The notes below the pieces were generated by a model. The model had not been told where the DNA came from. It was given only the letters and a program-made list of their open reading frames with translations, and did not search any database. 64,000 nucleotides of DNA from assembly GCF_001194135.2 (NCBI RefSeq), contig NC_068983.1:27590944-27654943 (forward strand), in the 5' to 3' direction. This DNA is from Octopus bimaculoides (taxonomy: Eukaryota). The translations under genes and the position numbers were made by a program. This document shows, in pieces, positions 28,330 through 42,062 of the stretch. The stretch's first letter is position 1; every line of letters begins with the position of its first letter.

Positions 28330-29540
28330 TCGTTCGTTTTATTGGCCACAAGGGCTAATATCAATTAAAAACATATAAGGACAAAGATAGGACGAAGGTT
28401 ACAAAAGGTTTTGTCCGAAAAGGTAGGAAAGTTCGTCTAAACAGAGGAAGAAAACGGAGAAAGATATGATGAATAAATAGATAAATAAATAGATAAATAA
28501 ATAAGTAGAAACCCCCGAAGGGGGAGGCGCTTCGAAAGAGGAAAGGTTACACGTGGAAAAACCCATAAAACCACGGGAGCCTGGTCAGAAANNNNNNNNN
28601 NNNNNNNNNNNNNNNNNNNNNNNNNNNNNNNNNNNNNNNNNNNNNNNNNNNNNNNNNNNNNNNNNNNNNNNNNNNNNNNNNNNNNNNNNNNNNNNNNNNN
28701 NNNNNNNNNNNNNNNNNNNNNNNNNNNNNNNNNNNNNNNNNNNNNNNNNNNNNNNNNNNNNNNNNNNNNNNNNNNNNNNNNNNNNNNNNNNNNNNNNNNN
28801 NNNNNNNNNNNNNNNNNNNNNNNNNNNNNNNNNNNNNNNNNNNNNNNNNNNNNNNNNNNNNNNNNNNNNNNNNNNNNNNNNNNNNNNNNNNNNNNNNNNN
28901 NNNNNNNNNNNNNNNNNNNNNNNNNNNNNNNNNNNNNNNNNNNNNNNNNNNNNNNNNNNNNNNNNNNNNNNNNNNNNNNNNNNNNNNNNNNNNNNNNNNN
29001 NNNNNNNNNNNNNNNNNNNNNNNNNNNNNNNNNNNNNNNNNNNNNNNNNNNNNNNNNNNNNNNNNNNNNNNNNNNNNNNNNNNNNNNNNNNNNNNNNNNN
29101 NNNNNNNNNNNNNNNNNNNNNNNNNNNNNNNNNNNNNNNNNNNNNNNNNNNNNNNNNNNNNNNNNNNNNNNNNNNNNNNNNNNNNNNNNNNNNNNNNNNN
29201 NNNNGAACAGGTAGCGCACCTCGGTAGCACTGCCAGGCGAGGGACCTTTGGAAATTATCCATGGGCCCCGGCCCGAAGGTTCTCCTGAACAGACTGCTTA
29301 GCTGATTATCCTCGACGCCTAGAGTTTCCCCGAGAACGTCGTCGCACTTTTCTCCCACTAACCCTCTATAGAACGCTAGAGTGGAGCTACTACCGATCGC
29401 ACTGCCCGCCTAACTGAGGGCGGTGAGAGCTTGGCGGCACTCGAGGTACCAAGCGCCCTTTCTCGGTCTACGTTTGATCCAGGATTGCAGCTCTGTTAAA
29501 GAAACGAGCTGCGGAAAATCGCGTCTGACGAGTATACATT
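28330..29540 (-). mobile_element. L1/Tx1-like LINE 3' fragment (spans a gap)
   Basis: GC-rich. Minus-strand translation ..STLAFYRGLV..FQRSLAWQCYRGALPV, the segment preceding the zinc-binding region of L1/Tx1 ORF2. The 3' UTR ends in gccaataaaacgaacga followed by (ATT)n. Confidence 0.72.
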
Positions 29541-29879
29541 CATTTACTAGCCACATAGGCTCACAATTATGCAACAATATGATGAACTTTAAGGAGGGTT
29601 TGAATGTCGTGTGGCGTGGGACAAAAGCAGTTGTTCAAAGACAACGAGAGGTGTAAAAACTGGTTTACGACTAAAATAGGGAGAAAATTGTAATTTATGA
29701 AATATTTAGTTATAAACCTAATGTAAAATAAAACATGCAATAATTAAAATAAGGTATAATTAAAAAAATATAAAACTTGAATAGAATTATGGATTCTCAA
29801 ACATATATGGAGGAGAAAGTTGGTCCCTTGATCGGAAATATGCTAATCGATACTGAAAAGGTAATCAAGACTAAAGGTC

Positions 29880-30100
29880 AGAAACTGGCTAAGGTCACCT
29901 GACAAATAAACACTGCATTCACTTCTCGGCCAAAGGAAGGCGGCGGAACAATCTTCATGATGGACTCGGCTGAAAGCCGGATCTGCTCTAAACGTGACAG
30001 CAAATCTTCGATATAAACCCACAAGTCAGCAATAGGCGTGCCCGAGATCAGTATGTGCAGACCAGTTTCGGCCCTTCAGTTACGTGGAAGTTGCTTTTGG
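29880..30100 (-). mobile_element. second L1/Tx1-like ORF2 C-terminal fragment
   Basis: ETGLHILISGTPIADLWVYIEDLLSRLEQIRLSAESIMKIVPPP resembles the ET..H..C....LW segment that follows the zinc knuckle. Confidence 0.6.
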
Positions 30101-30714
30101 AACACAAAACCAGCAGGCTTTAGTTAATTGGAAAGTCGATTACATTAATAAACCAGCGTTTGAATTATATTTCATATAATTGACTCCAGATAGATGAAAG
30201 AAAAGTTCATCTCTTTGGAATTTAGACTCAGAATATAAATAGCTAGAATAAATAACACACAGTTTTATTTCCTACGCTCTGTACAGTTCAGCCAGTGGGC
30301 AATGAGAAGAAGTTAGGTAGGAGGGTTAGTCTTTCCAGTACTTGAATAATACTTTATTTTAAAGCATCGAGGTTGAGATAAAAGTCAAATTGGTCTATGG
30401 CGGAATTTCAACTCGCAGATGACAGTAACTAAATAACGAAAGACATTTTGTCTGATGATTTTAAGAGCATTAAACCGAGATTGTCAATATTAAGGTGAAG
30501 GGAATAATGGACTGAATTAGTCCCAGTACTGTGGTCGTTATTTTATGTTTTTCAGGTCCTAAACAATACAAGACTAACTCGATGCTAATAGAGTTTGAGC
30601 TTACAATATACTGGAATGTACCTCAATAAACTAGGAATCTGCTGCTTTATTAAATACCATAAACAACTTATTTTCAACAACTGAAATGTGAAAATATATT
30701 CTCCTTTCCCTCAC

Positions 30715-31130
30715 CAGAAATATCATCATCATTCTCATCGTCGTCATCATCATCATCATCATCATCATCGTAAACATCGTCATCATTATTATAGTCATTG
30801 TCATCATCATTTTCATCATCATTATTCGCATCATCATTTTAATCGTCATCATAATCATCATTATCGTATCATCATCGTCATCGTCGTTGTCGTCGTCATC
30901 ATCATTACCATTATCATCATCATTAACATCCTCCTCACCCCCATCACTATCTTCACCATTATCATCGTCATCATGATCTCATAAACATCTTCATCATGAT
31001 TGTCGGCATCGTCAACATCATCATTCTGATGGTCATCCTTATCATTGACATCATCATTTTAATCTCATAATCTCATAATCTCATAATCTCGTAATTATCA
31101 TTATCATAATCGCTATCATCGTCGTCGTCG

Positions 31131-31161
<31 letters not shown>

Positions 31162-31201
31162 TTTCTCACATCATCGTTATCACCACTATCATCAACCTTA
31201 C

Positions 31202-31247
<46 letters not shown>

Positions 31248-31285
31248 GTCGTCGTCGTCGTCGTCATCACCATCGTCATGATAAT
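30715..31285. repeat. degenerate (CAT)n/(CGT)n trinucleotide tract
   Basis: Directly visible; it accounts for the poly-His/Met/Asp ORFs. Confidence 0.95.
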
Positions 31286-31735
31286 ATCGATATACCCTAT
31301 TGCGAAAAACACCAAGTCTCACAAAAGATAAACACGATAACATCTACCATTTTCAACATCACTAAAATTATTTTCTTGCACAACAATAGCTTTCACTTCA
31401 GTATTCTCCAATAAATTTTCAAACTACTGTAGTCAAAGCAGTGCAGTAATTGTCAAAGATTCCATTCCACGAATTATTCCAGGGAAACATGAGAAAGGAT
31501 TTGTGTCAAAATAAATATAAATTGCTTACGAGTTATTAAAACGTAAAACGACAAAAGGGCCAAGATTACCGAAATAACATCCGTACACAAAACATAGACA
31601 TGCATGGATACATACGTGCACATATATATACTTGCCCACACACACGCACACACGCAAATACGCACAAATGTATAACATATATTATATATACGAACACATA
31701 CATACAGACATACACAGACATATATATATATATAT

Positions 31736-31768
<33 letters not shown>

Positions 31769-33025
31769 NNNNNNNNNNNNNNNNNNNNNNNNNNNNNNNN
31801 NNNNNNNNNNNNNNNNNNNNNNNNNNNNNNNNNNNNNNNNNNNNNNNNNNNNNNNNNNNNNNNNNNNNNNNNNNNNNNNNNNNNNNNNNNNNNNNNNNNN
31901 NNNNNNNNNNNNNNNNNNNNNNNNNNNNNNNNNNNNNNNNNNNNNNNNNNNNNNNNNNNNNNNNNNNNNNNNNNNNNNNNNNNNNNNNNNNNNNNNNNNN
32001 NNNNNNNNNNNNNNNNNNNNNNNNNNNNNNNNNNNNNNNNNNNNNNNNNNNNNNNNNNNNNNNNNNNNNNNNNNNNNNNNNNNNNNNNNNNNNNNNNNNN
32101 NNNNNNNNNNNNNNNNNNNNNNNNNNNNNNNNNNNNNNNNNNNNNNNNNNNNNNNNNNNNNNNNNNNNNNNNNNNNNNNNNNNNNNNNNNNNNNNNNNNN
32201 NNNNNNNNNNNNNNNNNNNNNNNNNNNNNNNNNNNNNNNNNNNNNNNNNNNNNNNNNNNNNNNNNNNNNNNNNNNNNNNNNNNNNNNNNNNTATATATAA
32301 ATATATATATATATATATATTATCTAATACAGGAAACGACAAAATCCATTTCTCCTTTCCTTAGAATCCATTGAATCTAAGCAGTATCTTGATACGATTA
32401 CACCACACACACATCACAGAGATGCACACACACACACACACATACGCCAAAGAGATGCAGACAAACACACATACACACACATATATATATATATGCCATC
32501 ATACACATACATACGCACATGCATATATTCTCATATTCATTCATATATAGATATGAATATATATATACTTTTACATGTTTATACATTTTTGGCAAAAAAT
32601 AGATTCCTTTTACAAATAATAAAAGAGAAGATGCAAGCAAGCCGATGTACAAAAAAAAAATGGTGAGAGATGCGGATTCTTGATGTCGTCTCTAATGTAA
32701 TTTGTTGTATGTTAGAACCCCTACTTTTCAGAAAAGCTAGAAGACATCAAAGTTCAAATAATACTTAAGCTTGTTGGACAGGTTTCAAAATGAACTTGCC
32801 AATCCAGACAAAGTTTTCGCCGACAACTAAATAGTATTGATCACAACGATGACGACAACAACAACAACAACAACAAAAGTTCTAAAAGTAAAATAAATGA
32901 GATAACAAAGTCAACAATATCAAGAAATGTATGAAATATAAAAAAAAATATCGGCGAAGGGAGAAGTGGTATTAAACAACATTACAAACAAGAAAAACAG
33001 GAAAAATATAAAAATAATATATTCA

Positions 33026-33185
33026 GTGGCTGTATGGTTAGTAGCTTGCTTACCAACCACATGGTTCTGGGTTCATTCCCACTGCGTGGCACCTTGGGCA
33101 AATGTCTCCTACTATAGCCTCGGGCCGACCAAAGCCTTGTGAGTGGATTTGGTAGACGGAAACTGAAAGAAGCCTGTCGTATATA
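33026..33185 (+). mobile_element. SINE family B 5' head (tRNA-like) followed by (TA)n and a gap
   Basis: gtggctgtatggttagtagcttgct...gggttcattcccactgcgtggcaccttgggcaaatgtc...gacggaaactgaaagaagcctgtcgtata. Confidence 0.88.
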
Positions 33186-33597
33186 TGTATATATATATAT
33201 ATATATATATNNNNNNNNNNNNNNNNNNNNNNNNNNNNNNNNNNNNNNNNNNNNNNNNNNNNNNNNNNNNNNNNNNNNNNNNNNNNNNNNNNNNNNNNNN
33301 NNNNNNNNNNNNNNNNNNNNNNNNNNNNNNNNNNNNNNNNNNNNNNNNNNNNNNNNNNNNNNNNNNNNNNNNNNNNNNNNNNNNNNNNNNNNNNNNNNNN
33401 NNNNNNNNNNNNNNNNNNNNNNNNNNNNNNNNNNNNNNNNNNNNNNNNNNNNNNNNNNNNNNNNNNNNNNNNNNNNNNNNNNNNNNNNNNNNNNNNNNNN
33501 NNNNNNNNNNNNNNNNNNNNNNNNNNNNNNNNNNNNNNNNNNNNNNNNNNNNNNNNNNNNNNNNNNNNNNNNNNNNNNNNNNNNNNNNNNNNNNNNN

Positions 33598-33652
<55 letters not shown>

Positions 33653-34577
33653 CATATATATGTAATATATATATACATATTCATATGTAAGCACACACAT
33701 ACATATATATATGTATACATAGATATGTATACATATATATATATATATATTTACACATATATACATGCATACATATCTGTGTGTGTGCGCGCGTGCTTGT
33801 ATGCGTGTGTGTTATTTTCGTGTTTATATTTTCGGAAATTTTCTATCGTCTCTCCTTTTCAGTCCTTCAACGTAGCTTGTTAACCATCTATTTAGCCTAA
33901 ATCTTCTGGAGGTCATTAGCTTCTACTTAAGACAAGAGTACTTTCTATTAGATGGGCACCAACTAATAGAGCTGTCAGAGGGTCAACAGAAAATGTCACG
34001 CTTATCGACAACAAATGTTTCCAATAATAGTGTAATTATAGTAATACGTTGCTCTTGAGTTGATGGTGATGTCAGCGGAACATTGTTTTGATGAAATCTG
34101 AGATGAGTTGTATATTCAGCATATTCGTCCCGTAAAATCAACGTTCTAGTTTAACATCAGAGCTTATTCTCCAATCCATTTTCTTTAAAAGAGATAACAA
34201 AATATAAATCAATTGAATATATTATTCACAATGTAACACCAGCCCATTGAATGATCATTAAGGAATTGTATGGGACACTTACGCCAACACAGAAACAGCC
34301 CTTTTTATCATTCCCTCTATCTGTCTCTGTCTCTGTCACTGTCTCTCTCTCTTTCTGTATGTATAGATATATATAACTAACATGTCATGCGTGTGTGTGA
34401 GCGTGTGTTGGTGTATCATTATATCATTTGATATACGCGATTTACAAAATAATTAACACTTCCATGACTTAGAGATATGAGAAATTAGTAGGTTTATGTA
34501 AACTGCCAAATATGTTCGAGTAATCTTTCAGGCTCAGTACTTGAACATACATGACATATTAATTATATATATATATA

Positions 34578-34609
<32 letters not shown>

Positions 34610-35173
34610 NNNNNNNNNNNNNNNNNNNNNNNNNNNNNNNNNNNNNNNNNNNNNNNNNNNNNNNNNNNNNNNNNNNNNNNNNNNNNNNNNNNNNNNNNNN
34701 NNNNNNNNNNNNNNNNNNNNNNNNNNNNNNNNNNNNNNNNNNNNNNNNNNNNNNNNNNNNNNNNNNNNNNNNNNNNNNNNNNNNNNNNNNNNNNNNNNNN
34801 NNNNNNNNNNNNNNNNNNNNNNNNNNNNNNNNNNNNNNNNNNNNNNNNNNNNNNNNNNNNNNNNNNNNNNNNNNNNNNNNNNNNNNNNNNNNNNNNNNNN
34901 NNNNNNNNNNNNNNNNNNNNNNNNNNNNNNNNNNNNNNNNNNNNNNNNNNNNNNNNNNNNNNNNNNNNNNNNNNNNNNNNNNNNNNNNNNNNNNNNNNNN
35001 NNNNNNNNNNNNNNNNNNNNNNNNNNNNNNNNNNNNNNNNNNNNNNNNNNNNNNNNNNNNNNNNNNNNNNNNNNNNNNNNNNNNNNNNNNNNNNNNNNNN
35101 NNNNNNNNNNNNNNNNNNNNNNNNNNNNNNNNNNNNNNNNNNNNNNNNNNNNNNNNNNNNNNNNNNNNNNNNN

Positions 35174-35310
35174 AGAAGAAGAAGAAGAAGAAGAAGAAGA
35201 AGAAGAAGAAGAAGAAGAAGAAGAAGAAGAAGAAGAAGAAGAAGAAGAAGAAGAAGAAGAAGAAGAAGAAGAAGAAGAAGAAGAATACGAGGAGGAGGAG
35301 GAGGAGGAAA
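35174..35310. repeat. (GAA)n then (GGA)n microsatellite
   Basis: Directly visible. Confidence 0.97.
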
Positions 35311-35567
35311 TAACACCATAGTAATAGGATGCTAAATGGTCCGCCACCTGCTTCCTAACTTTTCTACTATTGCTGTTTAGACTAACACCTACACACATTT
35401 TATAAACAATACATTCAAAAGAGATGTCTCATGACTTAAATCACTACTNNNNNNNNNNTTTTATAAACAATACATTCAAAAGAGATGTCTCATGACTTAA
35501 ATCACTACTACCATCCACAACAAGTCACTTTCAGGGCACTTGACCATTTAACATCCTACTAATATCT

Positions 35568-35685
35568 TCTTCTCCTCCTCCTTCTTTTTCTCTTTCTTCT
35601 TCTTCTTCTTCTTCTTCTTCTTCTTCTTCTTCTTCTTCTTCTTCTTCTTCTTCTTCTTCTTCTTCTTCTTCTTCTTCTGCTTCTT
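35568..35685. repeat. (TTC)n microsatellite
   Basis: Directly visible. Confidence 0.97.
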
Positions 35686-36732
35686 CCCTGCCAAGAATTC
35701 ACAACGACCTCGAACCCGCAAGAGTGAACAAGAGTGACAGAGACAGGCAGAAACAAAGGAAATTCTGACATATGGAAATGGACACCCAAAAAGTATATGT
35801 GGAGCTAAGTCATTTAAGTCGACACCGAACTCAGGTAAAACGTTATTTTCCGGACCTCGCAAGCATGAATGTTGATCTTCGCAGGATTTGAAACCAGAAC
35901 TGAAATAAATCTGATTAAACTAAAGGCTCTTCAAGCCTACAGCTGTTTGTCTCTAAAATACACACAAGGCCTGAGGAAGGATTAAATAAAAATTGACCTT
36001 GTCGAGATTTGGCTGCAGAATGTAAAGAGCGGAACATCCACCGTTCTACATAGTAATAATTGTATCAATAATACTTGCAATGCTCGTTGTGAAAACACTC
36101 TGTAATATGTGATGAAATATTGAATTATTAACCTGGAGTGTCAGTTAATATTTTCTGTAACTTTTTTTCTTGTTTCTGCTTTATGAGCAATATCAAAATA
36201 AAATTTATGAGTAGGATATGGCCGTTAAGTGAATATTTTTCGTATTGGTTATTGAACTAAAACCATAACTGGATGTTAGGCATAAAAATTATGAAAAAAG
36301 TAAAACGGAAATGTAAAAATCAATGATCAATTTATAATAATATAGATTGCCTCAGTTGACGTTCAAAGTTGATAAAATTGAGAAAATATTATAGTATATA
36401 TATGNNNNNNNNNNNNNNNNNNNNNNNNNNNNNNNNNNNNNNNNNNNNNNNNNNNNNNNNNNNNNNNNNNNNNNNNNNNNNNNNNNNNNNNNNNNNNNNN
36501 NNNNNNNNNNNNNNNNNNNNNNNNNNNNNNNNNNNNNNNNNNNNNNNNNNNNNNNNNNNNNNNNNNNNNNNNNNNNNNNNNNNNNNNNNNNNNNNNNNNN
36601 NNNNNNNNNNNNNNNNNNNNNNNNNNNNNNNNNNNNNNNNNNNNNNNNNNNNNNNNNNNNNNNNNNNNNNNNNNNNNNNNNNNNNNNNNNNNNNNNNNNN
36701 NNNNNNNNNNNNNNNNNNNNNNNNNNNNNNNN

Positions 36733-36787
<55 letters not shown>

Positions 36788-38284
36788 ATGTATATATATG
36801 TATATATGTATATATATACATACATATATCAGTTTACATATATGTATGCATGCATAAAGTTCTTAGGATGAGACAAATATAGCCTGAAGAGCATTTTAAT
36901 AAAATTACATGGAAATTGTGGAGTCTAATAAGGAAAACAATTTGAAATATATATGCGTATGTAGTTATGTGTGCCTGTATATGTGTATGTGTGCGCGCAT
37001 GCCTGTATTATGTATGTATGTATGTATGTATGTATGTATGTATGTATGTATGTATGTATGCATGCATGTATGTATGTATGTATATTTCCTTTCCAATGTG
37101 TACAAATACTACACATTTTTCAAATGTTTCCAGTGAAAAAACATGTTGCTTTCACATGTACACAATTTAATTCTGCTTTTACTGTAGTTTTCGCAGAAAT
37201 AGGCGTATAACGACGGATATGTTATATTACTAACCCTCTATGTTCCTATTGCTAACGACAACGTGATGTACATTATTTCTTATATATTGAAGATTGAAGA
37301 AGTAGCACGTATATGAAAAGACGGATTACAGTTTGGAACATTTTCACTGTAAACACTGTATACTAGAATAGCGAAGAGACTTTTAACTAAATTTATTCGA
37401 GCTATTGAGCTGTGTGGACAATATTGAAGCCTTCTTTTTCATGTAATATATCTTGAGTATCGAATCTTAACATAACTTATTCGTCTCTAGGCTACACTTT
37501 TATGACAAGTTGAACATAACAATACCAAGAACAATTTTCCAACGCAGCTGCTTTTCGAAAGAAACCATCTACTGCGTCAGTGTAGCATTACATTTTTTAA
37601 AACTTAAATTTCAATCTCTTTAAATGCACCAATCTGTTAATAAGAGATATAAGAGATGGTCAAAAGCCTAGACGTAGAATTGCCTCTGTGTACATGCATC
37701 ACATAAAAAGTTCTCTTTACAATAAGAGTAGGACGAGAACACAAAGTTGCAAGTTAAGCGAGCCGACTGAAATGTTGACACTCCACGCAGAGGCCTCAAT
37801 TAAGACTATACAATTCGGTTGGATCTAGACGTATACAATCAATGCGTATTCTAACTTACGATAATAAATGTTTTAATTATGTATGTAATTATATTTCAAG
37901 ATGTTGCATTCTTGCACAGAGACGTTTTTAAATTAGAATTCCATGAGATGGCATATATCTGATTTAATGTATTGATATATGTGACATATATTTTATGGAA
38001 TATTTCAATTTCTTTTGAGTTTTTTTTTTTCTGATACACACCAGTTGCCGCTTGCATTTTCACTTATAAATCATATGTCCACCACTTACCTATTTTCTCG
38101 TATCTAGTCAAGCTTAAAACAGAAACTAGAACACTACAGATTGCTTTCATACTTTACATGATACATCTTCCATCCTTTCAGTCGAGTCGGATGAAAGAAA
38201 AGGACTACTTCAGCGTATTTATGGTTCCCAGAAGAAGGGTCTAGGCACCGAGGCATAAATTTTGTCTTAACTATCATTATCGCT

Positions 38285-38430
38285 GTAGGTGGTGAATTGG
38301 CAAATTCTTTACAGAGTTTTTTTAGAATGCCTCAAGTTAATTGTTCCGACTCTTTGCGCTCTGAGTTCAAATTCTGTCATGGTCAGCTTTGCGTTCCATC
38401 TGTGTGTAGGACTGGTCGATAAAAAGTGCC
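38285..38430 (+). mobile_element. SINE family C, diverged
   Basis: ggtggtgaattggcaaa...ctctgagttcaaattctgtcatggtcagctttgcgttccatc...ggtcgataaaaagtgcc. Confidence 0.7.
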
Positions 38431-40196
38431 AATTTAGGACGAAGGACTGTCGGAAATGTAAGAACCAATTGGACAGGATGATTTTCAATGTTTGTTTCTA
38501 CTCTTTACGTTGTGAGTTCTAGTCACACCATGGTTTAAGGGGGCGGCGGGCATATTTAATTTGGCATCGAGTCTAATACCAACACCTGGCAATTTGGGTT
38601 CTGTGCTTTTAGTGGGGTCCACTTTGTTACAATCTTTCGGGCCACGTCACCAATTTAAAGACATCTTCCTGATACCCTCACGCCAGATTCGTTGGCATAA
38701 TAATGCGATATAAACATTGTCTTCCCTGTGACTAAAAACAATAACCCAAAGTATATCTCCGAATTATACAGAAGTAGTGAGTCCTATAACAGGATTGTCA
38801 TTCTTAAATCTTTAACTGAAAGCTAGTCCGATGAAAACTATGGGCCCTCAAGGTACTGTGAATTCATTATGACGAGCTGGACACTTCCTCTGACACACAA
38901 ATTATTTTAAACTAGATGAATATTCACGAGATGAGATAGTAGCACTAAGTGATTTGCATTCTAAATTATGTCCCTGAAAACGTATTTCAAAACTAATACA
39001 GCTTTTAATATAATGAAATTATATATCTAAAGATCAACCGGTTGTTTGTTTTAATTTTTTTTTTATAAAAACACATTAATAATAGTGATTCAACGAAAGA
39101 AACGATAAATGTTTGCTTCTAAATATTCTTCATAATCAAATGGGGTATTGAAAATATATTACAAATAATAAGCACTTAAAAGGAATAGCTATGAAAAGAA
39201 TATAAAGTGTTTATTTTGTTTATAGCATAGATTTTATTAGTTTCTGTGCAAATGTGTGTTATGTATGTATGTATTTTTGCATGTATGTTTGATTGTTGGT
39301 ATGTGTGTGCGTGTGTGTGTGTGTATGTTTCTGTGTGTGTATGCGAGTGTGTGTATGAATTGTTGTAAATGATATAAAAATTAGTCTTAATTGCATCTAA
39401 TAAATGAAGGATAAGTATGACATTCAGAATAAGAGATTGGTGTAGCATATGGTGTGTACATCTACTAAAATAGAACTAAATGTGTTGATTTTATTATTCT
39501 TTTACATTCACTTTATGGTATTTGTTTTGAATACTAAGAAGAAATCACATGGTTCATCTGTTTCCAGTTCTCCACCGTAATAAAAACAGAATATTATGAA
39601 TAATTATCTTTACTGCATTATAATATACACTCACATACACACCCAACGATATGTAACAGCTGGCCTAGTTTAATAAATGGATATACAACTAACTGTAAGT
39701 CTTCAACTTCGATTCCGTTTTGCTAACATGCACTGACAAGAGCTCGGACAGTCAAATCTGAAATATATGAGTGCGCATATGACTAGAAAGTGTTCCAGTA
39801 AGGAACTAACAGTACATTAGTACAGCACACCAGTGTACTTTGAGACTCATTAGGATGTGCGTCATTAGAATATAGTACGAATTTAAAATTGAAATTTAGT
39901 ATGATTTAAGAAAATAATATGCTATATGTAAGAGATTGACAGTAGAGTGGCATCAACAGCAGAAATTTCAAGTGATTATTGTCATTAAAATACTGTACCA
40001 TTCAAAACTTTTTTATTCTTTACAAACAATACACAATGCTTCAAGCGAACTACAATACTCTCCTACTTCAAGTAGGATTGATTTAATTCACAAAGTGCTA
40101 GCCAAGTGTAAACATGGTGCGTTTATATGTCTTTGATCGCCTGCACTACACTATGTATGCATGTGAATACATATCAATATTCAAATATATATATAT

Positions 40197-40410
40197 TAAG
40201 GCCGAGAGTTAGCAGAATCGTTAGCACGCTGGGCAAAAATAATTAGCTAGTCTTTATGTTCTTAATTAAAATTTCGCCGAGGTCGACTTCGCTTTTCTTC
40301 CTTTTGGGGTCGATAAACTAAGTACTAGCTCAGCACTGGGATTAATGTAATCGACACATTCCCTTTCCCGAACTTGCTGGTCGTGTGCTAAAATTTGAAA
40401 TCAGTATTTA
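40197..40410 (+). mobile_element. SINE family C, full length
   Basis: aaggccgagagttagcagaatcgttagcacgctgggcaaaa...gaggtcgacttcgcttttcttccttttggggtcgataaactaagtac...gctaaaatttgaaatc. Confidence 0.85.
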
Positions 40411-41507
40411 TATACGTATTACGTATGTGAATGTATATCTATGTATGAAGTTGTCTTCTTATCTATCTATATATACGTACATACTGGTTTTCATGCTCAA
40501 ATTTATTGTGAGATATTCACATATGAATGTAAATTTTGTTCAATGGTCATTTTTCAGAGGAATTCGTTTTTCTAGACGAATTAAAATCAGTTTTATAAGC
40601 AATAATAGAAACAAGATGCTGTCTACCGCTAGAAGGAACATAAAGCTGTTTAATTGCTTTCAGTTAAAATACAAGGTAGCGAAAACTGAACCACGAATCA
40701 ATAACCTACGTAACATCTTTATAAATTGAATAAAATTTCACTGAAACATGTTCGTATGATATAGAATTCTTTTTTATTACATTTCCCTTCCATGCAGTGC
40801 TGCACTTTGGTTCTTTCTGCAATGTTTTTGAATCACGTATCAGTTGTTATATGAGAAATGGTTGATTGTCCTACGCTCATAATTTCTCCATCTTTTGTGA
40901 AAGAAGCGCTTTGGTGGATGTCTTCCAAGATTATTTTTCCCGATGCAATATTTCTGACCGTAAAAGAGAGAGTGAGAGTGAGAGAGAGAGGGTGGAGAGA
41001 GAGAAAGAGAAAGAGTGTATGTGAGTGAGTGAGTGAGTGAGTGAGTGAATGAGTGAGTGAAAGACAGAAAGAGAAAGAGAAATTTTCCTCAGAATTTGAC
41101 TGATGTATTTGCTGAAATACTGGAAGGTTCAAAGGCAACTTTGGCTGTCAGAATAAATAAAACAAGATATGCTAACTGGCGCCTAAATGACTCGATTAAT
41201 ACGTCATATATATATCAATGTAACTCTATTTTGTATTAATTTATTAATTATATTAACTAATTATTACTATACCATGTACTTTATATTTATATATATAAAT
41301 ATAAGATCGAGGTGTTGGAAGAAAGTTAGCTTGAAGCAAACCGTAAATATAAAAAAAACAACTTTCATGGACAATAGTTGTTTATTGAGAAGGTGTTTTT
41401 CTTGTTATCGAAGTACGATAAATTGAAAGAATTTATGGTAGGCGACGATGGTTGCCAGGTATGTGAATAAGAATACAAATTATAGTTAAGGAATGGAGTA
41501 GATAAGA

Positions 41508-41587
41508 TCTGGGCTACACGTGTTTCATACCGAGCGGAGCCTCGGAAGTGGTGAATATCCAAGCGAGGTGACTCTTCAGGCCAAAGA
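41508..41587 (-). ncRNA. type I hammerhead ribozyme motif (slightly decayed)
   Basis: Minus strand: UCUUUGGC-CUGAAGA-G..(44 nt)..U-GAAA-C-ACGU-GU-A-GCCCAGA. Intact core, 2-bp helix III with palindromic CACGUG, imperfect helix I. Confidence 0.65.
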
Positions 41588-41757
41588 TAACTTGATTAAA
41601 TGAAAATTTACATTGTCGCAAGGAGGTATATGTTAACTCATGGTAGATTCAATCAGAATATGTAGAGGGCACAGAAGGAGTGCAGATTATAAGTGTAGAG
41701 AGAAATTAGGATTAAAAGATGGAAAAGAAAAAAAAACATTAGGGAGTGAGAAGAAAG

Positions 41758-41804
<47 letters not shown>

Positions 41805-41805
<1 letters not shown>

Positions 41806-42062
41806 CATTTCTAAATTTCTCAGAGAGATCTCTGCAGTAGTGATGCAATAAAGTAGTTATATGCTGTCAACTTAATGTGACAGTCCCATGAAGGGAATAA
41901 TACTACTACTATTTGCTATTAAACATAAGGACACAAGAAATGTGTCAAGGCCGACAGGAAGCAGTGATGCTTCCAAGGGCTAAATAGCAGTAGTATGTTG
42001 TCAACTTAATGTGACAGTCCCTTCATGGGACTGTCACATTAAGTTCACAACATACAATTACT
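41805..42062. mobile_element. long-hairpin repeat family, rearranged copy within (TA)n
   Basis: Homologous to 52603-52880. Contains a 25-bp stem with one mismatch: gttgtcaacttaatgtgacagtccc-ttcat-gggactgtcacattaagttcacaac. Confidence 0.85.

Noticed and set aside
35399-35509. Exact ~50-bp direct repeat either side of a 10-N gap
   Set aside because: Typical unmerged contig overlap, an assembly artefact.
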